From Ramazzottius varieornatus (Eukaryota; Animalia; Tardigrada): a stretch of 64,000 nucleotides of DNA. The translations under genes and the position numbers were made by a program. Position 1 is the stretch's first letter; the number at the start of each line of letters is the position of its first letter. The notes below the pieces were generated by a model. It searched no databases. It was not told the DNA's origin and saw only the letters and a list, made by a program, of their open reading frames with translations. The stretch lies in assembly GCA_001949185.1 (NCBI GenBank), contig BDGG01000002.1, positions 4,020,448-4,084,447 on the forward strand, given 5' to 3'. Positions 1 to 13,021 of this stretch are shown one piece after another.

Positions 1-2202
1 CCGGACAGCTCGCTGGGCTTCGACTTGGTTGCTACTAGTTCGACACCGATCTCTGGGTAAGTCCTCTTCCAAATTGTAACCCGTCAACAGCGACCGTACT
101 GCTCAGAACAAGCCGCGCAACGAAGCTTTTGTTCGAGCATGGCGGTTCTCGATATACGCGGAAATCGCAGTTTTTCCTGGAGTTGCGCGAGTCGATCTGA
201 GCAGTTAATAGGGAAAACCATTCAAGCGGAAAGTCTTTTGTCTTAACAAGGATGTTCCTGATCTCGATACTTATTCAAGCAGCAAATTAACCGTTCTCTG
301 CGGCTCTTTTCGATATAAGTTGCGATGGTATCACAAAACTAAATCCGAAGTTGTTAGTCAGAGAGAAACAATTCGATAAAAATAATTGAGCGAAAAAAGG
401 CCGGAAGAATGAGATTTGTAAGCTGTAAATCGAGTTCGCCGATACAAAAGTTAGCTTTTGTGGTTTTAGGTACTCTGGTTCCTCGTCTAGTCCTCCACCG
501 TATACGCCACATCCGTACGGCATGTCCAGCGGTTCTAGCCTGAATTCGGCCTTCAACCAGATGCAATTGCACAGTTTGGCGCAGTTGACCGGCATGAGCG
601 ACATGCAAGGCAACTACGTCGACAGCACCACTCCCATCGACCGCCGTCACTCGCCACCACAACATGATATTGTCAACAGCAGCACCCACGGAAGCATTGG
701 CTTCCCATCAGAGTCTCACGTCGGTTCACCCTTCTACCCACCAGGTGTATTCTTGCTTTCTCGACCCTTCGAACGGCATCAACCATTAAGAGACGATGCG
801 CGCGAGTTGATACGGGCAGCACTACTTTCGGCTACTCAGAATATAGTTTGTGAAAATCAATTCTAATTTCTGGTATTATTTTGCAGATATCCTGACGCAG
901 TTCATCCTCGAAGCCCATATCAAGACCTGTATGTACAACAATAATCAAGTCATTGGACTTCGTCAGGATTGGGATCCGAAAGAGAGTCAGGCGATACTTC
1001 ATGCATTCCAGGAGATGGTACGAAAACTCGAAAATTGTCTTATTTCAGTTTACTGTATCTCTGCCTCAGAAACTTGTCCGTTGATGCACAAGAAAGCTGA
1101 ACGGTTTTTCTTATTATATGATAGACTTCGACGGACATCTGGATCGACTGTGCGAAGAAACTGACGGACGTTCTCCAGCAAGTCATCGAGTTCGCCAAGC
1201 TTCTACCCGGTTTCATGAACCTGGAACAGGAAGATCAGATCACTCTTCTCAAGTCGGGTACGTGAGATTCTTTCTGTTTATGCTGGTTCTGTACACCGTT
1301 GTTCAATCTTCACCAGCATTGACCCTTGTCTTTGCAGGAAGCTTTGAGATTGCTGTTATCCGCATCAGCCGGTGTTACGACCCTACCGCTAACATTGTTC
1401 TCTATGGCGATCGCTTCGTTCCCATCGAAGCGTTCTCAAGTAACAATTTTGAGTCTTGTGCTGTGAACGTGACTGAAGATTTAGTCAAAAAGGAGCAAAG
1501 TAATGATCGCTAACCATTCATTACCAATTCGCACACTAGCTTGACTGAGCCGAGTTCGAGATGAACAGTTTGCGACTTTTGTTCGTTTCAGCCGGTGAAA
1601 CGGACGAGTTCCAGTTCGTCACTTCCATCTTCGAGTTCGCCAAGTCCATCATCGACCTGAACCTAACCGAGTCGGAACTGGCTTTGTTCAGCGCGGCTGC
1701 CTTGATGTCACCAGGTAAACCGTTTTATCCAAACCATAAGAACAAGCCGAAGAAACCAAGAATGGATAGGACCAGATCGTTATCCCAAGTGGCGCACGTT
1801 TCCGTTGATATTGGCTAATAGTGCACGCCACTTGTGAAAACGATCTGGTTCGAATCGTTTACCTATTTTCTATCCAAGAATGGAGAGATTCCAGTCTAAT
1901 TGCCTTCAAAGTCTGACCGGAAGTGTGTTTCTTTTGCAGATCGCGCCGGTTTGCGGAAGGTCCAGCTGGTCAACGAGCTCTTCAACCACGTCGTGACGGC
2001 CCTTCGCACCGAACTGTCGCGATCGAAGCCTTACGAGACGCGAACCTTCGATCGTCTCGTTGCCAAGCTGGGAACTCTCCGTCAACTCAGCACGCAGCAC
2101 CTGTACCTGCTGACCAACTTCAAGCGAGCTGCGCCACCATCGATCGACCGTCAGATTCCGCCGCTGCACAATGAGCTCTTCCCATGCCGGAACGAGATGT
2201 AA
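1..2202 (+). CDS. HR3: Nuclear hormone receptor HR3 (NR1F/ROR family), hinge and ligand-binding domain; 5' end lies outside the window
   Basis: Spliced exons (about 1-56, 470-744, 888-1017, 1124-1257, 1338-1439, 1591-1714, 1940-2202) give [44 protein letters not shown]...VLYGD...[18 protein letters not shown]...PPLHNELF, matching the HR3/ROR LBD signature and AF-2 helix. Confidence 0.88.
1771..1849. mobile_element. Palindromic MITE-like element, family A, in HR3 intron 1715-1939
   Basis: Inverted arms ACCAGATCGTTATCCCAAGTGGCGCAC...GTGCACGCCACTTGTGAAAACGATCTGGT; related copies recur across the window. Confidence 0.75.
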
Positions 2203-3279
2203 AGTCAGTTCCCGAAAAAAGAAGTCAAGAATGGTCTCTGTACTGTACACACTTACACTGCAAAACTGTGGATTGACATTGAACGGTTTTAGAGTTTTTA
2301 TCGAAGACAGAGTTGTATACGTGTCCAGTTTTAACTATTCACCGATGTAATCCCTTTTATCCCAATCGTTACTTCACGTTTTATGCTGCTACTCCTGTTA
2401 TTACAGTAATTTTACTTCGATTTTCCTCCTGTATGTCCTCTACGCTTCTTCTGTTTCCTGCCAGTGGAAAGTCAACTGTGCCTGTATCGCGTTTTTCCAC
2501 TCTTCGAAGGGGCACGAAGATGGCAAAACGACTGTTGAACGTTGGTTGTTGATGCAAAAGCAAGAAGAACCTTTCTTCCTGGATCCTGTCACCTTTTGAC
2601 ATTCATCCCTCATCTGGTTGACAGAGAGCAAAGATATTGTTTTAGTCTTCTAACAACAGCCATATTCTATGCACTGGCTAATTTATCTCCAGGTGCTTCC
2701 TTCTGATCTTTTTTCTATAACTCCCTCTCTTGTTGGCAGTGTCTTCATCTGAAACCTGAGACTTGTTTCCGCATTGGTTCCATGCTGTTTTCATCGGCGA
2801 GGTGCTTTTCGTTATGGTCTTCGTCATTGTTACTAAATCTTAGCTTTTTTCATCCACTGTTTTTCGCTTTTTGTGTTTTTCTTGTCCTTTTACCGCCTCA
2901 TTATTAAAGTAGGTAGTTTTGTTCTGGCTTTGTTTCTCGCGGTGCATCTTAGTTCGAAATCACATCTAAAAAAAGTTAAAGGAGTGTCACATAGGGATAA
3001 CACAAGAATGGTCAATGGCTGAATGTCGCAAAACGCAACAGGTGAATCAGAGCTTCTGGCGCGAATAAAGGGGCTCTACGGCGGTAATAAAGGGGTTCTA
3101 ACAGACAAAAACAGAATCATTTTGAGGAAAAGAAAGACCACATTGAAACAGCTAACGTTATTCAGATGCGGTGGATAATTTGGAGAAAGAAAACCTCATT
3201 TAATGTGACGGGAAGGAATGGCATTGTCCAACTGCATACTGAGTACATCATTCTTTCTCGATCTGCTTCTCAAGACCAC

Positions 3280-3883
3280 TCAGTTCGTAAGGCACACTGA
3301 AAAGGGGAAAAACACGTATAGGAAACTACGACGAAGAGTTTTGAGGGGACGGTAGGGGGTAAAACTTACGGCAAATCCAGACGAAGATCCAAGGAGGGAA
3401 GAACAAGCTGATACAGAAGTGCAACAGATGGTTCACGCGTCTATAAACCCGAACAAGTACCTTCAAACCCATCCCCGAAGCATCCCTCGATTTCCGAAGG
3501 CTTCATTTCATAACAGACGCTTGTACTCACCGTTCTTCTTGGATGATAGTGGTGTGGACGACGGGGACTTGTCCAGCAGGAGGCCCGACATGCACGACGG
3601 TTTGCTGCAGAAGAAAACAATCAAACGTACAAACCATTGTTCAAATTACTCGTATCGATGAGTGCTTGACTGTGCTTCCATCTTGTCCTGTCCTTCCGGT
3701 CACCGGAGTGGAGTAAAAGCGCTAAACATCTCTGTCGGTAAAACTCACCCCTCCAAGCATGTGGGGATCGTACCCAGCGTTGTTGGGCGCGACATACTGT
3801 TCCTGTGGATAGGCTTGTGGGTAGATTCCTGCTGGGGCAGGTGGGCCGTAGCTCTGCTGGTAAGACGGAGGAGGAGCGGTCAT
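3280..3883 (-). CDS. 98-aa Pro/Gln-rich membrane microprotein (HxxH/Cys-TM family, member 1)
   Basis: Exons 3883-3749, 3604-3531, 3440-3370 and 3296-3280 are all GT-AG and in phase: MTAPPPSYQQSYGPP...EERRVNHLLHFCISLFFPPWIFVWICLCLTN*. Paralogs at 6040 and 20349. Confidence 0.85.
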
Positions 3884-4562
3884 TCTCTTGCCTGGATCGT
3901 CCGAGCTTCCGATCTGTCCTTAAACCGAACTGTGACGAACCTCGCAACCTCGAACGATCTAGTAGTCCTCCAAAGAAGGTACCGCAGGCTTGAGTAACGA
4001 ACGAGACACAGCAGGAAAACTTGGGGAAAGTTTACGTTGCGATAAAACTTGCTGACTGCCGTTTTCCTTCCGCCAGTTGTCGTCATCAGGCTCAGTCAAT
4101 CAACGACGTCCGATAATGTCATCTGACTCATTCTCTGTGAATCTCTGTCTAATGACTCTATTATGAGTTTATTATGACATCACATTCACTACGACAGTAT
4201 GTCATTACTCATGACATCAGTGATCAATCCATGCGGCCTTGGATTTGAGTGCCCAATGTCCGTGTTCTTCTAATACAGCACGTTTGTTCGATTTCGGCAA
4301 GATTTCTCGCGCGTGAATTCATTTCGTGTAGTGTCACTGCATCTTGGAAGAAGATACGCGACGGAGTCCTTCATCAAGACTGATCTCTGTAGTGCAGATC
4401 GTTTTGCTAATGGTCTGTGCACACAGTTAGGAAAAAAATGACTTGGCAAGCAGGATGGGACGTCCGAATCGTCACCAAGATCCACGGGGACATTACTAAA
4501 AGACATCTTTCAAATGTCGTGGGTCTGTGGGATTATCCCACTATCCCACTGGGATAGATTAC

Positions 4563-4601
4563 AGTCCAGAGGATTGTGGAATTCCCACAATCCTCTGGAC
4601 T
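4563..4601. repeat. Perfect hairpin with 17-bp stem and 5-nt loop
   Basis: AGTCCAGAGGATTGTGG-AATTC-CCACAATCCTCTGGACT. Confidence 0.85.
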
Positions 4602-5618
4602 TTAAGTGGAATTAACCTGGCTTCTCTCAAAGGAATTCAAGAACTGAACGCTATGCGAAAAGAGACTTTCCAGGGCGTCCACAACTGGCTTCTGGGAGAT
4701 AATTATCTTTCCCCACTTGGATATCTCTACACGCAGTCGCTTCGAGCGGTCAGGTCTGAATATATAAGTAACTGCTAAAATTAATTCAGTTTCGATCAAG
4801 CGTGTCTGTTACTGACTGTGATATGTTTTCCTGGTGTGCAGGTTAAACTATCAATGGAAAGTCATAGTGAAATTGGGTACTGTCAAATTACCAAAATTTC
4901 GGAAAGTGCTTTTCTTATAACATATATCTTGTAGAGGATAAAAGGCTGCATCCGAACATAGTGTGCCGCAAAAGGCCGCAAACCAAAAAACTCTGAAGTT
5001 TGGGTCTCCCATGTGAAAACACCCGGGCGAAAACGGAAAGAGTCGATTATGAACAGTTGGGATAAATTCATGATTTACCCTTCTAATTTGACAGTACTAG
5101 TACTCGTACCTCGTGAATCCATCGTTGTGTCGTACTTCAGTACAATCGTGGTGGCCGGCGTCTTCTACCTTGTAATCAGCACAGCTCGCTCAAATATTGC
5201 ATAACAGGAATTTCAGAAACGACCACGAGGGTTGCAGCTAGAACAAAAGAAGGACAAACATCGTGTCATCCTCGAGAACCACTTTCTTTGAGAACCTCGA
5301 GAACGACAATGTTCAAACTTTTCGCGTTGCCCGAAATGTGGTGCGAAAATCGATATGCCCGAATTATGTCGTTTACCTCGTAGCCTACCTGCTCGGACGC
5401 GCACCTGGTTTCCTCCTGCGAGACACAGCGAAATATTGGGCGGTGAAGCACCTCGTTTTCGATAACTGGAAGACCGCAAAGCACTGTATGTCCATTGCCC
5501 GATTTTGGAATCTCAAAGAGTATTCTCTGTTGAACGAGCACCGCTATCGTCTGTTCGGCAACTAGAGCATTTCCCAGAGTATACGTAGGTCTTTCTCCGC
5601 CGTTAATATTAATACACC

Positions 5619-5759
5619 GTAAATATTCGCTGCATCCGCGCAGTACGTACACGTACATATCGATGCACCTCCGTAGGGGGTTGCGCAATGCGTGGAACCG
5701 GACCGGGGCTGTACGTCACTTGTACGATGACGTAGTGGGCGGACGGAGCGAATATTTAC
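5619..5759. mobile_element. About 140-bp inverted-repeat (MITE-like) element
   Basis: Terminal GTAAATATTCGCT...AGCGAATATTTAC, with imperfect pairing continuing inward for about 45 bp. Confidence 0.55.
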
Positions 5760-6039
5760 AGGACATAGTTTCAATGAAATGGACTGGCTTCAAATACTGC
5801 AAGGCGTCGTTCTATTTTTCTCTATGGATGTGAATGTATTTATTTTCGAATTATTCACCTTAGCGCAGTTCACAGTAGAAAGACGGGACCATCTGACGAA
5901 CTCGCTAAATGATCATATCTTCCAGACGAATACGGCGGATACAAAGTTTTACGGATGTACAAAAATTTTGCACATGTGCACGATGAATAGTAAGTCTCTG
6001 TGGAAATCCGGAAGTTCATGGAATTTTCGCACTGTAGCT

Positions 6040-6628
6040 CTAACCATTCGCAATGCAAACTACAAAACGAAGGTCTTCAAAACTTGCGCAGGCATCGCTA
6101 TTAATGAACTCACTGCTAGCCGACACGTGTGCCAGTACAAGCTGATAGTACTTACGGAAGATCCATACGAATATCCAGGGGAAGAAGAACAGCGAAATGC
6201 AGAAGTGCAACAGATGGTTTACACCGCTGTAAGATCGGCAATTAGTCCCATCACAAAGCGGTAGTATTCCGGATAGCAAACTGTAAAACTACTAGTCCAC
6301 ATCGAAGAGCTATACTTACTGCCTATGAACGATGACGGTCGTTGCGTGATGATGGTGCGGCGGCTGGTGATGGTGGGGAGTCTGATTGATGACCACGGTG
6401 GTTGGAGCTGGCTGCTGAAATTACATCGGAATGAACTCCGACAATATTGACGAGCGCCAGTGGCGCCGCCGGAAGTGCCCAGCACGACAGCTAACTGTAG
6501 ACACTCACGTGATATCCCATGGGTTGAGGTGGTCCCACAGTGTAGCCCGGATTATGGAATTGCGATCCCGTGGGTTGTGGATACGGAGGTGGATGTTCTC
6601 CCATGGTTACTTTCCCTGTGGTGGCCAT
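6040..6628 (-). CDS. 101-aa Pro/His-rich membrane microprotein (HxxH/Cys-TM family, member 2)
   Basis: Exons 6628-6509, 6414-6320, 6226-6156 and 6059-6040: MATTGKVTMGEHPPPYP...HHHQPPHHHH...HGVNHLLHFCISLFFFPWIFVWIFLCIANG*. Same 71-nt third exon and intron phases as member 1. Confidence 0.85.
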
Positions 6629-7321
6629 TGTGCCCTTGTTCGTTAGAAGAAGCTCTGGAGATCTGCAGACGGCCAAACAGAGCCAGCTAATTTCTCCAGA
6701 CTTGCGTGACGGACAAATCACCCAGCGGAAGCTGCTTCAGAGATGGATATTAGAAGCCTATGCCTTGTTGCTGAAATCGCCAAATCGAAAGTTGATACCG
6801 TTATCAGGCCAAACGGATGTGTAAACAGCAACCTGCGTTAGAATGATGTGCTTACACACGTCATGTAATTTACAGATAATAGTTGCGAGATAACCGTGAC
6901 CAAGGTTGTCCATGTCGAACTTCGCCAGATGGTAAGTACATACTAAGCAGTCTAAGCCTACACAAATGTAACGTTCTCCCCTCCATGAAAGGGTTCTCAA
7001 ACCGTCGAATTGGATCATCGGGCACTGGCTGTAAATTACTCATGTTGGGCCGGGCAAATAAACCTTTGGAATTTGACCGGTATGCTTTGTTCTGCATGCA
7101 GCACCCTCTCATCGTCAGTCGAGATTGCTACTGTTGTACGAGTACAGAAGAACTTGAAACAACAAAACAGTTTAAAAGTAGTCTGAACAAGGCAAGATGT
7201 AAAATCAATTAAATTAGTGAAGGTTGACTGCTGAGACGGAAAGATAAAGGCGAAAGAGATCAAACCAATTTGAGCACAAAACTTAAAAGCGTCGATTTGG
7301 CTTGCTTGAGGGCCATCACAC

Positions 7322-10096
7322 CTAAACTGTATCACGAGGCTCGTGGACTATCGTTCTTTGAGGAAGGACGGTTGGATGAGTTAGACGGCTTACGGGAGTT
7401 CTGGCTACCTGAACTCCTGGCTTGACTGCTATGTCGACTTCGCACTGGCTTAGCTTCCTCTTCCCTATCGTCGCTGTCCTGGCCGGAGCGCGACTGGACG
7501 GTCCGATCACTGGCGTCGCTTCCGGACACTGCATCCTTGCTTTCTTTTCTGGAACCAGGTCCAGAACCTCCGCCTGCAAAGAGACATGTTGCACTCTCAC
7601 CGATGACGACCCAAAACCGTAATTGTCAAACTCCACTCACCCTCACTGGGTATTCGGTTAGCGGGAAACTGTTCCGCTTCATCTTTCAGCACTGAAACAC
7701 CGCGAAGTAAAGCTCCTCGAGCTTTCACATTAACTCGATCGCGTTCCTCACGGAGGCGGTTGTTGTCCTCTCGTAACTTCCTGATTATTTCTTCCAGCTG
7801 CGGACAAAAAGCTTTATGCAAAGGTACGACGAAAACTATGAAGCCTTGCTTACCTCGGCGATCCGGGAGTCGTACTGATCCGCCATCTTGTGGCAGACTT
7901 CTTCGGCACGCTGCTGACAGGCTTTCTCGGTTCGCTGTTTCCAGTCTTCCCTCTGCGCGGATCTCCATCCTAGCCAAATCTTTTGTGCCAGCTTCTTCTG
8001 GTAGAATGATGTCGCGAGCCTCTCCTGGATAGCCTATCAGAACACAATGATGTATTCGGTGGATCGGGAACTTAATACGAGTTACCGATGAAGGAAATGG
8101 TGCAGGGTACCTCTCGTCGACGATCCGTTGCTTCCGTCTTCATTGCGCTGAAGTTCTGAGCAAGAACTGTTTGTTCCTTCTGGCTAGCAAGTGCTTGGGA
8201 CAAATTAGCGATCGTTTGATCGCGCTGGTGGATGGCTCTGCTATACGACCGGCACAAGGTGTGAAGGGAATCGATATCCGAGTGCAAACGATCAGACTCT
8301 TGCTGTTCCCTGCAATCAGAGCATATTTGAGAGTCAGGATGGATCGATGGATCGCAACCCGGCCTACCTTTTCATCAGATCTTGCATTGATCGATTCAAT
8401 CCCGATATGAGCCTTTCATGGGCTGCTGCATTTGCGGTCTGCAAAAAAAACTCTTGCGATCAACAAAACACCGAAGAAGCCGAAAGCTTCATTTTGTGTT
8501 TTCGAAAACCGGTTTGTTGATCACTGTCCGTCCAATGAGATGCAACCAGCCAATAAAACAATCAAGAATACCACAACAACACAAAAGCCTCCGTTATTTT
8601 TATTTCGAATTCAGAAACTTTCGATGAGCTCTTACCAGAAGTGCCTGTCGTAATCCTCGATACCAGTCGTCCAGTATTTTCTGCAGGTCATTAGAATCTT
8701 CCCGGTCTACGAGTGCAGCTAGAACGCCGGTAAAGTTTGTACCAGCGTTGTCTCTTCTCGACTTCTTCCCATCGACGGAAATGGATGCGTCGTCAGACTC
8801 GAAGGCGACATTGTACGGATGGCTACTGGCTCTGGAGGCTCTCTGATCGTCTCCGGGATCAATCTGGACAGGAGGAAGGTAAGCTGTTTTGCTCGGCCCC
8901 GCGTCGACTTCGTCTTTCACCTGATTCCAGCGTTGGATTTCTGCAATCAAGCTCAGAATTTCTTGCCGTTTCGTTGCAGGTAACTGCTTCGTCGATTCTT
9001 CCAGATCCTCCTTGCTTAGATGGCTCCACATCCTGAGAACTTCACCACTCACGCCGTCGCGAGGTTTGCTGGGGTCAATCAGCCGGAGAAGCTGGTTAAA
9101 GTCCTGCAAAAGAATTCTGAAGCGAAGGCGACTACGCGAGCCAGCAACTGTGACTCTGTTTCAACAAATCAATTGTGCAGTCGCCTTCGTCATACGGTTA
9201 CCGTTCGATGCATCTGGTAGGATCTGGTCCTAACAAGCGTTTTCGGTCTCTGATGCAGTAGGACTTGACTCACCACTGGACGCTCGCTCGTAACAGATCG
9301 GAAGTAAGCGGATTTCTCCTAGCTGACTAGAATCCACTTTTACAGAACATGACAGCAGGTCCGCAGCAAGAATATATGATCTTACCGGTGTATTTGTTTC
9401 GATAGGTGGAAGTTTTGAAGCTTCTACCGGGACACCCGGCGAGGAAGCCGCGGACCGTTTCTCTTCTCCTGTGGACCCTTCGGACATCTTACGGAGGACA
9501 GGTAGCGTTATCGATTCGGACCTTCTTGTACTAGGCCGTTTGTTAGCTGCACCACCGATGCTATTTTTCCGTTGTTCTTTTTGCAGAGAATTCGAGCGAG
9601 ATATCTGTCGGGGCGTTTCTGTGTTTGAGCTTTCCTGCTCTTGAGCAGACGGAGACTCTAGCAAAGGTCCATTGACAGCCACAACCGACAGACCACTCGA
9701 CTTTTTCGCCCGTCGCATACTGCTGGATCTTCGGCGCGGCATGGTGAAGGAAGAGCGGCGACCTTCTGGAGAGATTTCCTCCGGCTGTGTCGACGGAGGC
9801 GACAGAGGTGAGTCTTGAGATGGAGGAATCGATTTTTGCGCAGCGATATCATTACCTGTAATTTCACCGGTGATTACCCCCGATGACGTGCTGAGTTTTT
9901 TCAGGTGGGCTGTCGGGCTTGGCTTAACGCTTGATCTCTTGCGGGTCAGTGCGGCCGACGAAGGGCTTCCCGTCGACCCGCTGGAAGGAGTAGGCTCAAT
10001 TGCAGTGTCCGATATCTTCCGGGATGCTTGCGAAGCCGGTGAGTCTGTCTTGGAGGAAACCAGTGACTGCTGGCCGTCCTTGGCATGATCGCCCAT
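7322..10096 (-). CDS. Multi-exon uncharacterised protein with a Ser/Pro-rich disordered N-terminus and C-terminal coiled coil
   Basis: A series of minus-strand ORFs (9230-10096, 8600-9109, 8072-8287, 7597-7977, 7322-7636) bounded by splice sites, with heptad-like segments such as LEEIIRKLREDNNRLREERDR. No family recognised; the exon map is approximate. Confidence 0.6.
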
Positions 10097-11199
10097 ATTC
10101 CACCAAACACCGTACAGGTATAAATGATAAATTTGTGAGATTCAAGGCACAAACCGTATCACGAGCAGTACAGAAATTCGAAAAATTTCTTCACATGATG
10201 AGAAATATAAATTAGGCACAGGCAGAAATTTTCGAGCTGGATCGTCGGCTCAGACTACAAAGAGGAACCCACGAGAGCACTTTCACGCGGACAGGTGTCC
10301 CAGTTCAGGTCTGGAAGCACTTCCAGCCGGCGAACTGCAGAATGCAAATGAGGGAAAGCACCTGCTGCTAATAGACTGAATTAAGGAGCAACGATAATGG
10401 TGTTGCGTTTGAATCCCCGTCACTATCTGGCGTGAGAAAGACGCCACATCCACCCATGATCGATTTCTAGTGAATTCCAAAGCAGCAGTAAGGTTTTCAG
10501 ATAATGCCGCACTTAAGCACGGTCGTCTGGCCATCGTTATGGGCCTGTCTGCACGACATTGATTTTCGCGACGCGGACCTCGTATTACACTGTCAGGTAG
10601 GTTGACGAACCTGACGAGTGGGTTCTCTGGCTCTCGTCGACCTGGAAGAACCGCACTACAGACGTATTTAATCTAATTAATCGATCTGACGTACCCAACA
10701 AGCGGTACACTCTGCAATAAAACCCAATAAATTTTGACTCCTGCAGCTGAATGCTGCGCACTTTCGAGGTAGAATATACTACCGACAGTTCCTACGCCTA
10801 TATTTGGGACTCCAACTTACTGTATTATATCCGACTATCTCCCAGGTAGGAACTTCCTCATTGCTTCGTGAAGACACATCTGAAAACACACCCAGGAAAC
10901 TCCCACAGATGTGTATCAGGAAGTGAGTCCTCGCCCTGCAGGCGGTCGTCGCGGACTACTGAAGGCTCTCCGTGTACCGACCAACTATTTACAGTAGTAC
11001 TCGCCTGAGGCCTCGTAAGTGGTTTCCACTGGAAGCAAAACCGCGGTCCTCTAGATCCAGCAACCAAAGTATTCACGTTATAGGTTCGAACTGTAGTCCA
11101 TTTCGCGGTTCCTGTTTGTTCCTCATATGCTGGCACAACCTCCATCTTCAAGATAAGCTGTGTCAAGTTAATAAAGTATGGAACAATGTCTGTTGTTCT

Positions 11200-12405
11200 T
11201 GCTGGATGGTTGCATGGGAGCTTTGACACCTGGTTCACCATCTGCCATTACGATGGTTATCCCGCCCGTATCATCTCATAATGCTGAGCCATTTAGTTCG
11301 AGGCAGTAGCTTCCGCTTCGAGGAATGCAAACCGAGCACAGGAATATTCTGACAAGTCTAAATGCTCGATCCAGGGTCACAAAGCATATCCGTCCGCTGA
11401 GGAACTGGCCAAGGAACCCTAAAGTTGGTGAGCTTTGAATATCCCTCTATCCTGACTTCCGCGTAGTTCTTATCAACGCAGAGTTACTTAATTCTTTTTT
11501 AGACATGGGATAAATCAGTACCATCAACCGCACCTACCACGAGATCGTCAAGATGCTGATGAAGCACAACAAGCATATCCTGTGCGAGAAACCCATGACT
11601 CTGTTGCTCAGCCAAGGGAAGGAACTCTTCCAGATTGCACTGGAACAGTAGTTTCCAAGAGGCAGGTTACACGTATAATAAAATGAGGCTCTCAGCTACT
11701 GTGATGGTGGAGTAAACCATGTTTGATTAAATTGAATCGGAAGTCCAATTGTTATTTTTTGCAGGCTGTGCTGTCTCACTTCTTCCGGGTCTACCACGGT
11801 CATGGGGAGCTCGTCCCTACTCTGGGTGTAATCAGGGAGATTCAAGCCTTCATGGGAAAGGCGCGCAACTGACGTAACTGCTCTTTAAGACTGGTCAAGA
11901 AGGAGCTCGGCAGAGGTGCTGTAGGAGACCTCGCAATCTACCGCATTCAGTTCTCTCCCGCGGTCCTTGGGAGTGATATGCCGGATCAGACTGCAGCCGG
12001 GGCTAAACTGGATAACGAAAGTTACGCTGTATCCCCTTTGAAGATGACGGTGGCACGTCTTTAGAGTGTTTTTTTCTTCCGTCACAAGTACTCGTACCGA
12101 CCGGGTGTGTATCTGCTTCGGAAATGAGATTAGAGCTATATCACGAAGAGATGTGGGTCCCTGTTCTAGCTTCCAAAATGACTGAACAATGATCTCGAGA
12201 ACAGCACGAGCTCCCCAAGATAGAATACAGCATGCTGTACGAAAGGGGTGAAGGAATGGTATACGAAGCAAGTGAAGTTCTCCCATGCATGCGAAACGGT
12301 TGCTGGAGAGCCCTTACGACTCAATCAAGAGTCTCTGACCATATTGAAAATTAAAGATGAAATTTAGAAGCAAATTGGTGCTTCTCACGATGATTTCTAC
12401 AGCAT
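11200..12405 (+). pseudogene. DHDH: Gfo/Idh/MocA oxidoreductase (DHDH-like) pseudogene
   Basis: Ordered fragments EELAK, DMG*ISTINRTYHEIVKMLMKHNKHILCEKPM, AVLSHFF, LVKKELGRGAVGDLAIY and DEI*KQIG follow the DHDH motif order but carry in-frame stops and frameshifts. Confidence 0.7.
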
Positions 12406-12913
12406 CGGCGGAAACTTCGTATGTTTTCCGTTACATTCCGAGGACCAGCCTGTCGTAATGTGAGGTGCGGGTATAGAAACCGAGTTTATTTTCTGATACA
12501 GCCCGTTCGGCCAACTTGCTACCACCTAAAAGATCAAGCTCGTGGCGAATGGGTTACTTTCACTATCTCCCTAGATTCATCAATCTTTCTGTAACCACAA
12601 AGAACATCATCGGCCAGAAATCCGCTCACATGAAGTCAAAATCGACAAAAACGTAATGGGCGAGCAAAGCAAAAAACAACAACTTTCGCGTTTTTCAGGG
12701 CCGTTTTCCAAAATTTGTTTTTCAGTTTTACGTGAGTTTCTGCGGTATCCTTGCTAAATATAGTTCGAACAGGGACATGGCTACAGGAAAAGATGTCGAC
12801 GGTTGACAGTATGAATCTGCCGCTCAGGAGAAGAGCTATAATTTTCGCCCAGAAGGTTCCTCGGCAAGAATGTCGAATTTGACAGTTCAAATTCGTTTGC
12901 CAAGTTAGCACGG

Positions 12914-13021
12914 CACTTGTGGATAGAAGGCTCGGCGAAGCTAAAACAAGCCGTTTTAGCCACGGCTAAGAACGGCTAAAACGGCTTATTTTAGCTTCGC
13001 CGAGCCTTCTACACACTTGTG
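12914..13021. repeat. Near-perfect palindrome with an approximately 38-bp stem
   Basis: TAGAAGGCTCGGCGAAGCTAAAACAAGCCGTTTTAGCC pairs with GGCTAAAACGGCTTATTTTAGCTTCGCCGAGCCTTCTA with one mismatch. Confidence 0.85.

Noticed and set aside
4255-5900. Possible plus-strand gene remnant between the microprotein paralogs (ORF 5263-5565 and nearby splice-like sites)
   Set aside because: No recognisable domain and no consistent exon chain could be built.
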